Below the pieces are notes generated by a model, which did no database searches, had not been told where the DNA came from, and saw nothing but the letters and a program-made list of their open reading frames with translations. Source: a bacterium (GTDB lineage: Bacteria; Cyanobacteriota; Vampirovibrionia; Gastranaerophilales; Gastranaerophilaceae). Taken from it: 64,000 nt of DNA. This document shows positions 45,083 through 55,219 of this stretch, piece by piece. Every line of letters begins with the position of its first letter. Positions within the stretch are counted from its first letter, which is position 1. The stretch spans positions 2,396-66,395 of the forward strand of contig JAFVAR010000052.1 in assembly GCA_017480425.1 (NCBI GenBank), in the 5' to 3' direction. A program made the translations under genes and the position numbers.

Positions 45083-47639
45083 CGCTCACCTGCTTCTGTA
45101 CTTTTTTAATATTGTGTGAATTTGTAATTTTGCCGAAAAAGAACTGAGATAACAGCGCAATTCCTAAAATTGAACCGCCTATAACGGAAGCTTTTCTCAG
45201 CCATGTTTGATTTCCGTATCTTCTTTCAGCTGCTTTTTTTGCAAAATCTATAGGAGTTTGACCGACTAAATTAAATTTTGACATTCTTGTCACAGAATCC
45301 TGAGTAAATTTGTTTTCACCGCCAACTTTATGATTTGGTTTATTAAAGTCAATATCGTTATTTCCCATTACTTGTTTAAATCTGTTTATGTAAGATTGGA
45401 ATCTTGCAAGAGTATTTCCGTTTGAAAGATTTTCTGTAGTACCCATAGCCTCTTTCATTTCTTGAGAAACATTACCGTCCCATACTGTATTCATAATATC
45501 TTTATATAACTCAGGATTATTTACTGTTCCGAGTTTTGCAGTATGCTGAGAAGTATCGGCACCTAAAAGAGCATCTCTGCCAAGCTGTGTTATTTTTTTG
45601 CCATATTCTGTATTTCTCATAAATTTTTGTTCATCTGTAAGAGTTTCTGCAATTCTATAGTTATCCATTGTATGCAGGATTCGGTTGAATGAATCTTTAA
45701 CACCTTGATATCTTTCAATAATTCTTGTTACATCATAACGTTTGGAAGAACCTACACCTTTCGCTTGTTCTTTTACATAATCTATTCCTTTAAGATTTGT
45801 ATTTTGCTCCATTGTTACGTCAAGAATCTTAAATAAATTTTCTCTCGTATCAACTGAATTAGCCAACTCGCTTACGTCTTGTGAAACAAGTCTGTGAATA
45901 GTATTAGAGAATTTTCCTCCTCCTGCATTATTCAATCTTTTTGCAGTCTTATTATAATTGTTTTCTATTGCAGTTATTAAATCCTTAATATGAGATGCGT
46001 CTTCTGATTTACCATGCAATTTTATTTCCATCTCTTCAATAACTTTTGTAAGTTTATTAACAGCCTTTGAATATTTTGTGCTGTCTTTTGCAAGAACTTC
46101 CATTTTTTCTTCCAGAATTTTCTTTGCAGCATCTTCTGATTCTCTCATCAATTTTAAATCTTTGTATTTAATATCAAGAACATCGAAAAGTGTATTTTCA
46201 AATTTTTCATATGAACGGGCAAGTACAGACTCCTGTGTCGCTTCAAATTTTGTAGATTTACATTTTTTAAGAATTTTAGAATTTTGTTTAAATTCGCCTA
46301 AAATTTTCGCAAAATCAACAGTTTCTTTAATCGCTTGCTCACTCAGTATATTTGCAGGTTTCTTCTTTAAGTTGAGAGATATACTGTCTATAATTCTTTC
46401 GCCCTCTCCTCTTAAATAATCTTTGTTAGATATTGAAGTTTCTTTATTTATTTTTTCTTCAAACAGAGTTCGCAATTCATTTTTTAAAGTTTGAATTTCA
46501 TCTGAAGTAATTTCTCCGGAATGATTTGTAACTCTGTTTAATACTGACTTTAGCTCGCTTTCTGTCGGAACAAAAGTTCTCTCCAATGCGGTTTTATTCC
46601 TACAGCCTATATTTGATTTTATTGTACTTATAATATCTTGGGCAGTTGATTCTGAATATGCAAATCCTCCATTTCCGCTTCTGAATAATTTTGCTAAATC
46701 ATCCCTGATTCCTCTTGATATATTTTCATCCACATTTTCTGTAAGAACAGCTATAACTTTATCCATTTCTTCTTTTGGAAGTTCTTTTCCTTTAAAATTA
46801 GACAGTAACGTCTCAATTTTTTTACTTAATTTGTTTTCTGCGACATCGCTAACTTGTTCAGACATTTCAGTCGTTTTAGCAAGCATTTTTGATATTTTTG
46901 AATTATTTCCCGCATTTCTTACAAGTTCTAATGTCGGTGATACAAGTTTTTCCAATCCGCAACATGTAAGTGCGGTAAGAACAGGTGTTGCAAAACCTGC
47001 CGTCAACATCCACAAAGTATTATTTTGTGTCGCAATTTTCCTCATTTGTTCTTTTATTAAATCATGCCTGTTTTGTATATCACGAGGAATTCCCATTCGA
47101 TCACCAATAACATCTAAGTCTTCATCAAGGTATTCTCCTCTGTACATATCAAAAGGAATATAATTACTGTCTTGGAATACCGATTTCTTACGTCCTTGAT
47201 CGTCTATATATTCTTTTCCTATATCAAATCCGTGTACTGCTCTTGAAGGGGTATTAATTGCAATTTTCGGATATAGTGACATTGCAGCAAGGAAAGTTCC
47301 TAAACCTACATATTCCATTACTCTTGCTTTAGGGTCTGTCGTTCTTGATGCTAAATATGCTGCGATTCCTATACCGCCAAGTTTTAATCCTACATCATTT
47401 AACCTTCCGGTCTGATGGTCATTTGCATTTCCACCAAACCCATCCTTTACTGCTTTAATATCATAAGCAATATCCTTAACCCAATATTTTGGAATTGATG
47501 TCAAGGTATCATGAACCAAATGACCTTCTGCAGGAAGCGGTTTTATGTAACTTTGCGTTTTTATAGCACCTTGAGCATCTCTGTATGTCACATTAGGCTT
47601 TTTACTATCTATATTCGGTTGTACAGGATTAATTGCCAT
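45066..47639 (-). CDS. Large orphan membrane-associated helical protein
   Basis: 857 aa; hydrophobic segments near the N-terminus and one at the C-terminus; N-terminal part paralogous to the upstream gene. Confidence 0.7.
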   Translation of the reverse strand: MAINPVQPNIDSKKPNVTYRDAQGAIKTQSYIKPLPAEGHLVHDTLTSIPKYWVKDIAYDIKAVKDGFGGNANDHQTGRLNDVGLKLGGIGIAAYLASRTTDPKARVMEYVGLGTFLAAMSLYPKIAINTPSRAVHGFDIGKEYIDDQGRKKSVFQDSNYIPFDMYRGEYLDEDLDVIGDRMGIPRDIQNRHDLIKEQMRKIATQNNTLWMLTAGFATPVLTALTCCGLEKLVSPTLELVRNAGNNSKISKMLAKTTEMSEQVSDVAENKLSKKIETLLSNFKGKELPKEEMDKVIAVLTENVDENISRGIRDDLAKLFRSGNGGFAYSESTAQDIISTIKSNIGCRNKTALERTFVPTESELKSVLNRVTNHSGEITSDEIQTLKNELRTLFEEKINKETSISNKDYLRGEGERIIDSISLNLKKKPANILSEQAIKETVDFAKILGEFKQNSKILKKCKSTKFEATQESVLARSYEKFENTLFDVLDIKYKDLKLMRESEDAAKKILEEKMEVLAKDSTKYSKAVNKLTKVIEEMEIKLHGKSEDASHIKDLITAIENNYNKTAKRLNNAGGGKFSNTIHRLVSQDVSELANSVDTRENLFKILDVTMEQNTNLKGIDYVKEQAKGVGSSKRYDVTRIIERYQGVKDSFNRILHTMDNYRIAETLTDEQKFMRNTEYGKKITQLGRDALLGADTSQHTAKLGTVNNPELYKDIMNTVWDGNVSQEMKEAMGTTENLSNGNTLARFQSYINRFKQVMGNNDIDFNKPNHKVGGENKFTQDSVTRMSKFNLVGQTPIDFAKKAAERRYGNQTWLRKASVIGGSILGIALLSQFFFGKITNSHNIKKVQKQVSDDANK

Positions 47640-47640
47640 C

Positions 47641-48717
47641 TTAGATTACCGTACTTTCTTGATTCTTGTCTATTATATTTTTATTTGCCAGTTTACCCAT
47701 ATGTTTTGCTTTATAAATAACATTTGCAACACTGCCTGCTGTCAGAACTGTTGAAAATACTATCCAGGCTTTACCGGCATGTTTCATATATCCGCTGGTC
47801 CCTTTTTCTCCTGTCCACAGAGTTTTACAACCTTTTAGGAAGGCTTTACCAAATGCTTTTGAAATATCTACAAAATTATTACCAAAATTTTTCATTTTGC
47901 CGGAAATTTTTGCACCTAATCCCTCGCCGGGTCTTGAAATATGACGCTTTCTTTGTGACACTGCATTGAAGAAGTCGCTCCACGAACTTTGCATTGCAAG
48001 TCCGACACCTGCAGCCGCCCAAGCATATGATGAAAGACTTTTCGCGGTTTTTGTTGCTGAAATTATACTTTGTATAATCGGGGTTGTCTCTGTTACGGAA
48101 TCATTCAAATTATCGCCTAACCCAAGCTTTTTAGCAACATTGTCGTAATACTTAACACCATAATTTTCATCTTTTGCAAGTAAATCTTTCCTAAAAAACT
48201 CTCTGCTGTCAAATACTTTCCGCTGCTGATGTTGCGGAAATATATCAGCTTCTGCCCCGGGTTTTGTCGGCAGCGGATAATAAACATTTCTGTAAGGAAG
48301 TTCTATATCGACACCGGTTGACCACGCTACTGGTCGTGTTACTAAATCATTTGCAAGAGTTTTAGCAACCCCGTAAAGCACTACTCCAAGTGCCATTTTT
48401 TTACCTTTGTCACCCGCAAAAATTCTTGATTTTGGAGATAAATGTTTGTTTACAAGATTAAATAGTCCCATAAACATTGCACTACCTGCCAAATATGGAA
48501 TTATCCCCATTGAAAGAAATTCATAAAAATCAGAATTTACATCTCCTCTTAATCCTTTTACCGGGTATTCTATGATTGCACTCATTGTTTTATCGTACTT
48601 TTGGTTAACACGAGTTCCAAGAGTGTTAGGAAGAATCGTTGATTCTTCGTTTTGCTTCTTTTCAGGCTTCTCCCGAAAATTAATTCTTGAATCTGTAAAA
48701 CTGACTTCCTTAATCAT
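47641..48717 (-). CDS. Orphan membrane protein (about 4 hydrophobic segments)
   Basis: 358 aa; N-terminus MIKEVSFTDSRINFRE; 1 nt from the next gene. Confidence 0.7.
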   Translation of the reverse strand: MIKEVSFTDSRINFREKPEKKQNEESTILPNTLGTRVNQKYDKTMSAIIEYPVKGLRGDVNSDFYEFLSMGIIPYLAGSAMFMGLFNLVNKHLSPKSRIFAGDKGKKMALGVVLYGVAKTLANDLVTRPVAWSTGVDIELPYRNVYYPLPTKPGAEADIFPQHQQRKVFDSREFFRKDLLAKDENYGVKYYDNVAKKLGLGDNLNDSVTETTPIIQSIISATKTAKSLSSYAWAAAGVGLAMQSSWSDFFNAVSQRKRHISRPGEGLGAKISGKMKNFGNNFVDISKAFGKAFLKGCKTLWTGEKGTSGYMKHAGKAWIVFSTVLTAGSVANVIYKAKHMGKLANKNIIDKNQESTVI

Positions 48718-48994
48718 ACGAACCCCATTGGTACCTATATATAAAAAGTCTTAGAATAACTTTTTTTTGCTATTTAAAAAGCATGTACTTAACATTTTGT
48801 TACAATATACGTTACAAAAACGCCATAATACGCACAGTATCATATTAACAATAACAAATTTTTATTACAATAAATATGAATATTTTATTTACATAACATT
48901 ACACTTATGCGCTTTTTACTTCATTCTTTAGTTGGAATTATTTGATAATTTGGTATAGTTAATATATTTCTTGCTATAGAATAGAATATTTATT

Positions 48995-49327
48995 ATGGAA
49001 ATTAGCATTTCAGACAAATATTGTATAATTACACCGCTCTCACCCAAAATACAAAACAGTGATATAAAACGCTTGTCCGATATAATAAATCAATGCAAAA
49101 ATTTCAATATCGGGCTGGATATGAGTACAGTTAAAGATTGTACAATAGATTTCTTTGAAAACATACGTAAGTTTAATAACATAAGCCTTTTTAATATTCC
49201 ATCCGATATTTTTGTAATTTTAACAATTATGAAACTTGATAAAACTATAAATTTATATGTCACGAAAGAAGACTTTATCAAAAGCTATCACAGAGTTTTG
49301 ACCCGTAATCTAAAAAGCATAAAATAG
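48995..49327 (+). CDS. STAS-domain (anti-sigma antagonist-like) protein, degenerate
   Basis: NIGLDMSTVKDCT, ISLFNIPSDIFVILTIMKLDKTINLY.T.EDF typical of the STAS layout. Confidence 0.7.
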   Translation: MEISISDKYCIITPLSPKIQNSDIKRLSDIINQCKNFNIGLDMSTVKDCTIDFFENIRKFNNISLFNIPSDIFVILTIMKLDKTINLYVTKEDFIKSYHRVLTRNLKSIK

Positions 49328-49608
49328 GTTATTTTTATACAATAAGTGTAAAAAATACAACAAAAGGGTTGAAAAATTTTTCTTTTTGTGTTAACTTACT
49401 CATGACATACTTTCTGTATAGTTATTTATCCAAACCGGAGTGCGGAAAAATAGAAAGACAGTCACCTAACAAGTTCTTTAGTCAAGGTTAAAAGAATTTA
49501 GGAAAGACATCTTTTTAGAGTAACCAAACGAGAACAAAGTGAAACCGTAGGGAGGATTTTTGAGAATGGTATACAGGAACCAATTTACAAAATAATACGA
49601 GGATTTCA

Positions 49609-50223
49609 ATGATTAGAAAAACAGTCTTAGTAACTATTGCATTGTTAGCCACACTGTGCGTAAGGGTACAAGCTGCACCAGCTCCGGAAAATATTGTAAA
49701 GGAAACAATTGTTAAACACTCTATTGAAATGAATGTTGATCCGGCATTAGCACTAAGCATTGCAAAAAAAGAATCCGGATTTAAACACGAGTTAAAAAGT
49801 TCTCACGGTGCAGTCGGAGTATTCCAACTCCTACCGTCGACAGCAAAACATATGGGATACAACCCGTATTACTTAAGTGAAAATATTAAGGCAGGATTAA
49901 CATACTACAAAATGATGTATAAAATGTTTGGTTCTACAGAACTTGCTCTCGCCGCATACAATGCAGGTCCGGGTAATGTCAAAAAGTACGGAACTGTTCC
50001 GCCATATGCGGAAACAAAGCGCTTTGTCAGCCAGATTATGCTTGAATATAACAGACAAAAGAAAAACCCTGACCCTGCTATTGCAAAAGTTAAAAATGCA
50101 AATACGCCGGCTGCGGAAACAAAAAAAGCAGAAGTTAAGCCAACACCAATTTCAACAGAAACTCCTGCTGTTAATGAGATTCCGGAAGTTAAACAAACAG
50201 AACCTGTTATGGAAATTTTATAA
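49609..50223 (+). CDS. Exported soluble lytic transglycosylase (SLT domain)
   Basis: Signal peptide; VDPALALSIAKKESGF, GAVGVFQL, ALAAYNAGPG, PYAETKRFV. Confidence 0.93.
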   Translation: MIRKTVLVTIALLATLCVRVQAAPAPENIVKETIVKHSIEMNVDPALALSIAKKESGFKHELKSSHGAVGVFQLLPSTAKHMGYNPYYLSENIKAGLTYYKMMYKMFGSTELALAAYNAGPGNVKKYGTVPPYAETKRFVSQIMLEYNRQKKNPDPAIAKVKNANTPAAETKKAEVKPTPISTETPAVNEIPEVKQTEPVMEIL

Positions 50224-50235
50224 ATGTTATTTTCA

Positions 50236-50270
50236 TAAAAAAAGGATGGCTAAATGCCATCCTTTTTTTA
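50236..50270. terminator. Bidirectional terminator
   Basis: AAAAAAAGGATGGC-TAAAT-GCCATCCTTTTTTT between convergent genes. Confidence 0.85.
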
Positions 50271-50287
50271 TCTTATTATACACAGAT

Positions 50288-51232
50288 TTATGCTTTTATA
50301 AGTAAACTTGCACCTATTACACCTGCTGTATTACCCAGCTGTGCAGGAACAATCTCAACTTCCCTTTGTATTGTCATTGCTCGTTTTGCAATTGTTTCTC
50401 TTATCGGGTCAAACAATATCTCACCTGCTTCAGCGACTCCACCGCCTATAATGATTTTTTCAGGATTAAGAAGGTTTACTACGCTTGTTAAACCCATTCC
50501 GATATATTCACCCATTACTCTGAATATCTGTCTCGCAACAGGATCACCTTCTTTTGCGGCAACTGCTACTATATACGGTGTAATGTCAGGATTAGCAAGT
50601 TCTCTGTACTTCGTTGATTTTCCTCCTCTAATATATTCTTCAGCCATTGCTACAATACTCGGACCGGAAGCATAAGCTTCCAAGCATCCTCTGTCACCGC
50701 AACCGCAAAGCGGACCACCTGCCATATTTAACTTTATATGTCCAAGTTCACCTGCTGCATTATTTGCTCCGCGAACAAGTTTTCCGTTAATTACCAAACC
50801 TGAGCCTATACCTGTACCCACTGTAATACACACAAGGTTTTCACACCCTACACCTGCACCGTAGTTTAATTCTCCTAGGGCAGCTGTCCTTACATCATTA
50901 TCTACACGGGTAGGAATTCCAAATTCTTTTTCCATTATACTTGCAATTGGAACATTAACCCAACCCGGAATATTCGGAGCAAGCCTTACTACACCTTTTT
51001 TACAGTCAATTTGCCCAGGAAAGCCAAAACCCATACCTTCTATATCAGTAGCTTTCATTTTTGTTTCCTTGAGTAAATCTCTTATTGCATCCTTCATACT
51101 GTTTACAGTATATTCATACCCCATTTCCGCTCTTGTCGGAATAGAATTTGAATAGATAATTTTTCCTTTATCACTTACCAATGCTATCTTTACGTTGGTT
51201 CCGCCAACATCAACACCTATTCGTTGTGCCAT
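50288..51232 (-). CDS. ROK family sugar kinase (glucokinase)
   Basis: GVDVGGT, DNDVR.AALGE, GTGIG, GELGH, CGCG..GCLE. Confidence 0.94.
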   Translation of the reverse strand: MAQRIGVDVGGTNVKIALVSDKGKIIYSNSIPTRAEMGYEYTVNSMKDAIRDLLKETKMKATDIEGMGFGFPGQIDCKKGVVRLAPNIPGWVNVPIASIMEKEFGIPTRVDNDVRTAALGELNYGAGVGCENLVCITVGTGIGSGLVINGKLVRGANNAAGELGHIKLNMAGGPLCGCGDRGCLEAYASGPSIVAMAEEYIRGGKSTKYRELANPDITPYIVAVAAKEGDPVARQIFRVMGEYIGMGLTSVVNLLNPEKIIIGGGVAEAGEILFDPIRETIAKRAMTIQREVEIVPAQLGNTAGVIGASLLIKA

Positions 51233-51370
51233 TTATAAATCTCCTTCCTATAATATAACAGCAGGTATATACTATCATAAACATACGCCAAATAAAAATT
51301 TTAGATTGGTAATTAGGTGTTAGGTGTGCAAATGTTATTTTTTTGATAGTATGTGAAAGAGAGGATTTTT

Positions 51371-52672
51371 ATGAGCGTAAACCAATTTATTAAACCAGTT
51401 ACCACAGAAAGAAAGGATTGCTTATATATAGGCGGATGCAATTTATATGAGCTTGCACAAAAATATTCTACACCATTGTATGTTATTGACGAAGAAACAT
51501 TGCGAAGAGTTTGTCACGAGTATAAATCAGCATTCAATGATTATCCTAATGTTAAAATGATGTACGCATCAAAAGCATTATGCACATCTGCAATTGCAAG
51601 AATTCTTGATAGTGAGGGTTTCGGATTTGATACTGTTTCAGCCGGAGAAATCTATACCGTATATAAAGCCGGAGCAGATATGTCAAAAGTATTATTTAAC
51701 GGCAACAACAAAACTCAAAGGGAAATAGAATTAGCTTTGGATTTAAATGTCGGCAGGTTTTCTGTAGACAATTTTTATGAAGCAGAATTATTGAATAAAT
51801 TAGCTTTACAAAAAGAAAAAAATGTTAAAATACTTCTGAGAGTGACCCCAGGAATTGAATGTCATACTCACGATTATATTAAGACAGGGCAGTCAGATTC
51901 GAAATTCGGATTTGATATTTCACAAATTGATAAAATAGTAGAACTTATACTTGATAAATATAAAAATATCGACTTGAAGGGAATCCATGCTCATATTGGT
52001 TCTCAGATATTTGAACTTCAATCGTATTCCGATGAAGTTCAGATTCTGATCGATGAATTAAACAGAATTAATAATAAGTTTTCTTTGAATTTAAATGAAC
52101 TAAATATTGGCGGAGGGCTCGGAGTAAAATACACAAATTCAGACCAACCTCCTTCAATATCAGATTTTGCGAAATCAATTCATACTGTTCTTAACAGATG
52201 CAAAAGTAAACCTGTAGTATACATTGAACCCGGTCGAAGCATAATTTCAACAGCCGGAGTTACATTATATAAAGTAGGAAGTTCCAAAATACTTCCTAAC
52301 AAAAAATATGTTGCACTGGATGGCGGAATGGCTGATAATCCCCGTCCGAGTATGTATCAGGCGGAATATACCGCAGAGGTAGTTAATAATACAAATGGCA
52401 GAAGCATAGAAAAAGTTACTTTAGCAGGCCGATTTTGTGAAAGCGGTGATATTATTATAAATGATATTGAACTGCCGGAACTTTATCCGAATGACGTTGT
52501 GTGTATATATAATACCGGAGCATACAATTATTCTATGGCTTCAAATTACAATAAAGCTGAAAGACCTGCTATGGTACTTGTAAATAATTCACAATCTGAT
52601 ATGATAGTATATAGAGAAAGTTTAGAAGATTTAATTGCTAAAGATAATATTCCCGATAGGTTGAGAAAGTAA
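51371..52672 (+). CDS. lysA: Diaminopimelate decarboxylase
   Basis: TPLYV, YASKA, SKFG, HAHIGSQ, EPGRS, GRFCESGD, TGAY.YSM.SNYN; ATG 51371 after GAGGA. Confidence 0.96.
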   Translation: MSVNQFIKPVTTERKDCLYIGGCNLYELAQKYSTPLYVIDEETLRRVCHEYKSAFNDYPNVKMMYASKALCTSAIARILDSEGFGFDTVSAGEIYTVYKAGADMSKVLFNGNNKTQREIELALDLNVGRFSVDNFYEAELLNKLALQKEKNVKILLRVTPGIECHTHDYIKTGQSDSKFGFDISQIDKIVELILDKYKNIDLKGIHAHIGSQIFELQSYSDEVQILIDELNRINNKFSLNLNELNIGGGLGVKYTNSDQPPSISDFAKSIHTVLNRCKSKPVVYIEPGRSIISTAGVTLYKVGSSKILPNKKYVALDGGMADNPRPSMYQAEYTAEVVNNTNGRSIEKVTLAGRFCESGDIIINDIELPELYPNDVVCIYNTGAYNYSMASNYNKAERPAMVLVNNSQSDMIVYRESLEDLIAKDNIPDRLRK

Positions 52673-53566
52673 ATGACTGACTACTTTATTACGATTCTGC
52701 AAAGCTTAATAGCACCGCTTCAAGGTTCATTGAACTGGGTTAATTTTGTTGAAATCGGTATTATTGTTATAACGCTTTTTGTATTTTATAAAAAATTTAT
52801 TCAAAATACTCAATCGGAAAAACTTGTAAAAGGTTTGTTTTTTCTTGTATTTTTATGGTTGTTCAGTGAAATTTTAATAATAATAGATTTAAGGATACTA
52901 GGTGTATTTCTACGTTCACTGGTAGCACTGATATCACTGAGTCTTATCGTTATATTTCAACCGGAACTCAGAAGATTTTTGGGATATCTTGGGCAGCCCG
53001 GCTTTATAAGAAAAACTTTTTTCTCATCAGGCGGAATTAATGAACACAGAGAAGAAGATGTAGATATAATTAAAGAAATAATTGAATCTGTTAAATATTT
53101 AACAAAGACGAAGACAGGTGCACTTATTGTTTTTCAAAAAGACATGAATGCTGCTCTTTATTCTGATGTCGGAACAAAAATAGATGCAATAATTTCAACA
53201 GAGCTTATTTTAACAATATTTCACCCGAATACTCCGCTCCATGACGGTGCTATGGTTATTGACGGGAATAAAATTCATTCTGCCGGTGTCCTGCTTCCGC
53301 TAACAGAAGATCCGAAATTAAGTTGGAAGTACGGTACTCGTCACAGAGCCGCAATAGGAATGTCGGAAGTTTCTGATGCTGCTTGTTTGGTTGTATCGGA
53401 AGAGACAGGTGATGTTTCGGTTTGTATGGATGGCATGCTGAAAAAATATGAAGATTTAATGACTCTTAAAACGGATTTAGAATCAATTTTGGGTATTAAA
53501 CCTGTAGACGAACAGCGTTCCAGACATATTAATATATTTGACATTTTAAGAGGAAAATCCCAATAA
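52673..53566 (+). CDS. cdaA: Membrane diadenylate cyclase CdaA/DacA
   Basis: 3 TM, IFQPELRRFL, PLHDGA, GTRHRAA, VVSEETG. Confidence 0.95.
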   Translation: MTDYFITILQSLIAPLQGSLNWVNFVEIGIIVITLFVFYKKFIQNTQSEKLVKGLFFLVFLWLFSEILIIIDLRILGVFLRSLVALISLSLIVIFQPELRRFLGYLGQPGFIRKTFFSSGGINEHREEDVDIIKEIIESVKYLTKTKTGALIVFQKDMNAALYSDVGTKIDAIISTELILTIFHPNTPLHDGAMVIDGNKIHSAGVLLPLTEDPKLSWKYGTRHRAAIGMSEVSDAACLVVSEETGDVSVCMDGMLKKYEDLMTLKTDLESILGIKPVDEQRSRHINIFDILRGKSQ

Positions 53567-53567
53567 T

Positions 53568-54458
53568 ATGTTATTTCACAAAAAGAAACATGAAATTGTA
53601 AAAAAAACAAAAGGTCAAATTGTAAGAGAATATCTTTCACGTGCATTTTTTATAACACTTGGAGCTTTTATCACAGCTGCTGCCCTAGAGACATTTCTCT
53701 TACCTAATAACATTATTGACGGTGGTGTTATAGGTCTTTCTATGATGCTCCATTACATTACCAAGTGGAACTTGGGTTTACTGATATTCTGCATAAATAT
53801 ACCGTTTATATTATTGGCATTGAGAAAACTGGGGTATAAATTTGTAATTCAAACAGTTTTTGCAAACGCTATGCTGGCAATAGCCACAAATATATTAAAC
53901 GGGTTTAAAGTTACCGAAGATTTAATTCTATCGGCAGTATTCGGCGGTATAATACTCGGATTCGGTGTCGGTTTAATTCTTAGAAATAATGCCTCACTTG
54001 ACGGAACAGAAATGGTTTCAATAACTATTTCCAAAAAATTGAAGATTATTTCGGTCGGTGAATTGTTAATGTTTATAAATCTTTTCATATATACGGGAGC
54101 AGGATTTCTTCTTGGTTGGGATAGAGCATTATATTCAATTCTGACTTATTATATAGCTTCAAAAGTAATAGATGCCGTACTTGAAGGCCTTGATAAATCA
54201 AAATCAGTACGAATCGTTTCGGATTATCACAGAGAACTCGGTGATGCGATTATGAAAGAATTGGATATTAGTGTCACTTATTTGAGAGCCTTGGGCGGAT
54301 ATTCCAGACAAGAAAAAATTATTACATATTGTGTTGTAAATAAATTTGAAATTGCAAAACTTAAGGATTTGGTTCACTCGATTGATCCAAAAGCATTTAT
54401 TGTAACAGAAGATGTCCATGAAGTTGAAGGTGTCAGAGTAAAAAAACGCACTCATTAA
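53568..54458 (+). CDS. YitT family membrane protein (C-terminal DUF2179-type domain)
   Basis: IIDGGVIG, NIPF, SLDGTE, GGYS, IDPKAFI..DVHEVEG. Confidence 0.92.
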   Translation: MLFHKKKHEIVKKTKGQIVREYLSRAFFITLGAFITAAALETFLLPNNIIDGGVIGLSMMLHYITKWNLGLLIFCINIPFILLALRKLGYKFVIQTVFANAMLAIATNILNGFKVTEDLILSAVFGGIILGFGVGLILRNNASLDGTEMVSITISKKLKIISVGELLMFINLFIYTGAGFLLGWDRALYSILTYYIASKVIDAVLEGLDKSKSVRIVSDYHRELGDAIMKELDISVTYLRALGGYSRQEKIITYCVVNKFEIAKLKDLVHSIDPKAFIVTEDVHEVEGVRVKKRTH

Positions 54459-54531
54459 TATCTGTATTTGTCCCCCTACTGGACATAAGGGTTAAATTAG
54501 TATAAAATTTATTTATGTAGAGAGGATAATT

Positions 54532-54879
54532 ATGGCAAAAAATATTGATACTATACCTATAGAGGTAATTATTCTAACGGTTGATCACGATATAAAGGGA
54601 ACTGTACATGTATCAAAATATACCGATACAAATCGTGAATTAACCGATTTATTAAATGATAAAGAACGCAGATTTTTAGCGGTAACAAATGTTGAAATTT
54701 ATCCTAAAAATTCCAACCAGCCTCCAAAGAGATATGACTTTTTAGAAATTCATATGGACTACGTTCTTATGGTGCATCCTACTTCTCAAGCATTGTTTAG
54801 AGAAAATCCAAAACAACAGGAAGACATTGCAAGATTTAGAGAACTCAGAGCAAAACTAAGTCAGACAAAACCGTTCTAG
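54532..54879 (+). CDS. Hypothetical protein (DUF6812-like)
   Basis: IKGTVH..RELTDLLN..RFLAVTNV pattern; good SD. Confidence 0.7.
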   Translation: MAKNIDTIPIEVIILTVDHDIKGTVHVSKYTDTNRELTDLLNDKERRFLAVTNVEIYPKNSNQPPKRYDFLEIHMDYVLMVHPTSQALFRENPKQQEDIARFRELRAKLSQTKPF

Positions 54880-54904
54880 TAAAAGAGTAATAGGAGATAT
54901 AATT

Positions 54905-55075
54905 ATGGCAAAATTAATAAGACCTACTTGGGCAATAAGATGTACACAATCAAGCTGTAGAACTTTATTTGAAGTTGCAAAATTGGAAGGCGGAAAGCAG
55001 CAAGAGGTTATTTGTCCGAATTGCGGTGAGCATTATGTATATCCGATTTTGGAAGACGAAAATAATCAAGAATAA
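54905..55075 (+). CDS. 56-aa zinc-ribbon small protein (not in ORF track)
   Basis: SD AGGAG; MAKLIRPTWAIRCTQSSCRTLFEVAKLEGGKQQEVICPNCGEHYVYPILEDENNQE; terminator follows. Confidence 0.8.
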   Translation: MAKLIRPTWAIRCTQSSCRTLFEVAKLEGGKQQEVICPNCGEHYVYPILEDENNQE

Positions 55076-55092
55076 TTTACTACAAATATCAT

Positions 55093-55126
55093 AAAATGAC
55101 GCCGAAAATATATTCGGCGTCATTTT
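55093..55126 (+). terminator. Intrinsic terminator
   Basis: AAAATGACGCCGAA-AATATA-TTCGGCGTCATTTT. Confidence 0.85.
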
Positions 55127-55158
55127 GTTAAGTTTTGTAAAAATTAAATAAAAAATAC

Positions 55159-55185
55159 TAAAGTTTTTTTTAAATGTGCCGTAAA
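55159..55185 (+). promoter_or_regulatory. Sigma-28 (FliA/SigD)-type promoter
   Basis: TAAAGTTT-N11-GCCGTAAA vs consensus TAAAGTTT-N11-GCCGATAA; HLR1-like TTTGTTAA-GT-TTTGTAAA at 55124-41. Confidence 0.7.
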
Positions 55186-55219
55186 TATAATTAGAAGATA
55201 AGTAATACGGAGTTTTTAT

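Noticed and set aside
49400-49608. c-di-AMP (ydaO) or c-di-GMP riboswitch call
   Set aside because: Conserved cores (GCTGAA..GGGG..GTCAGCTAA; GGCAAA..GCAAA) not found; kept only as an unknown structured leader.
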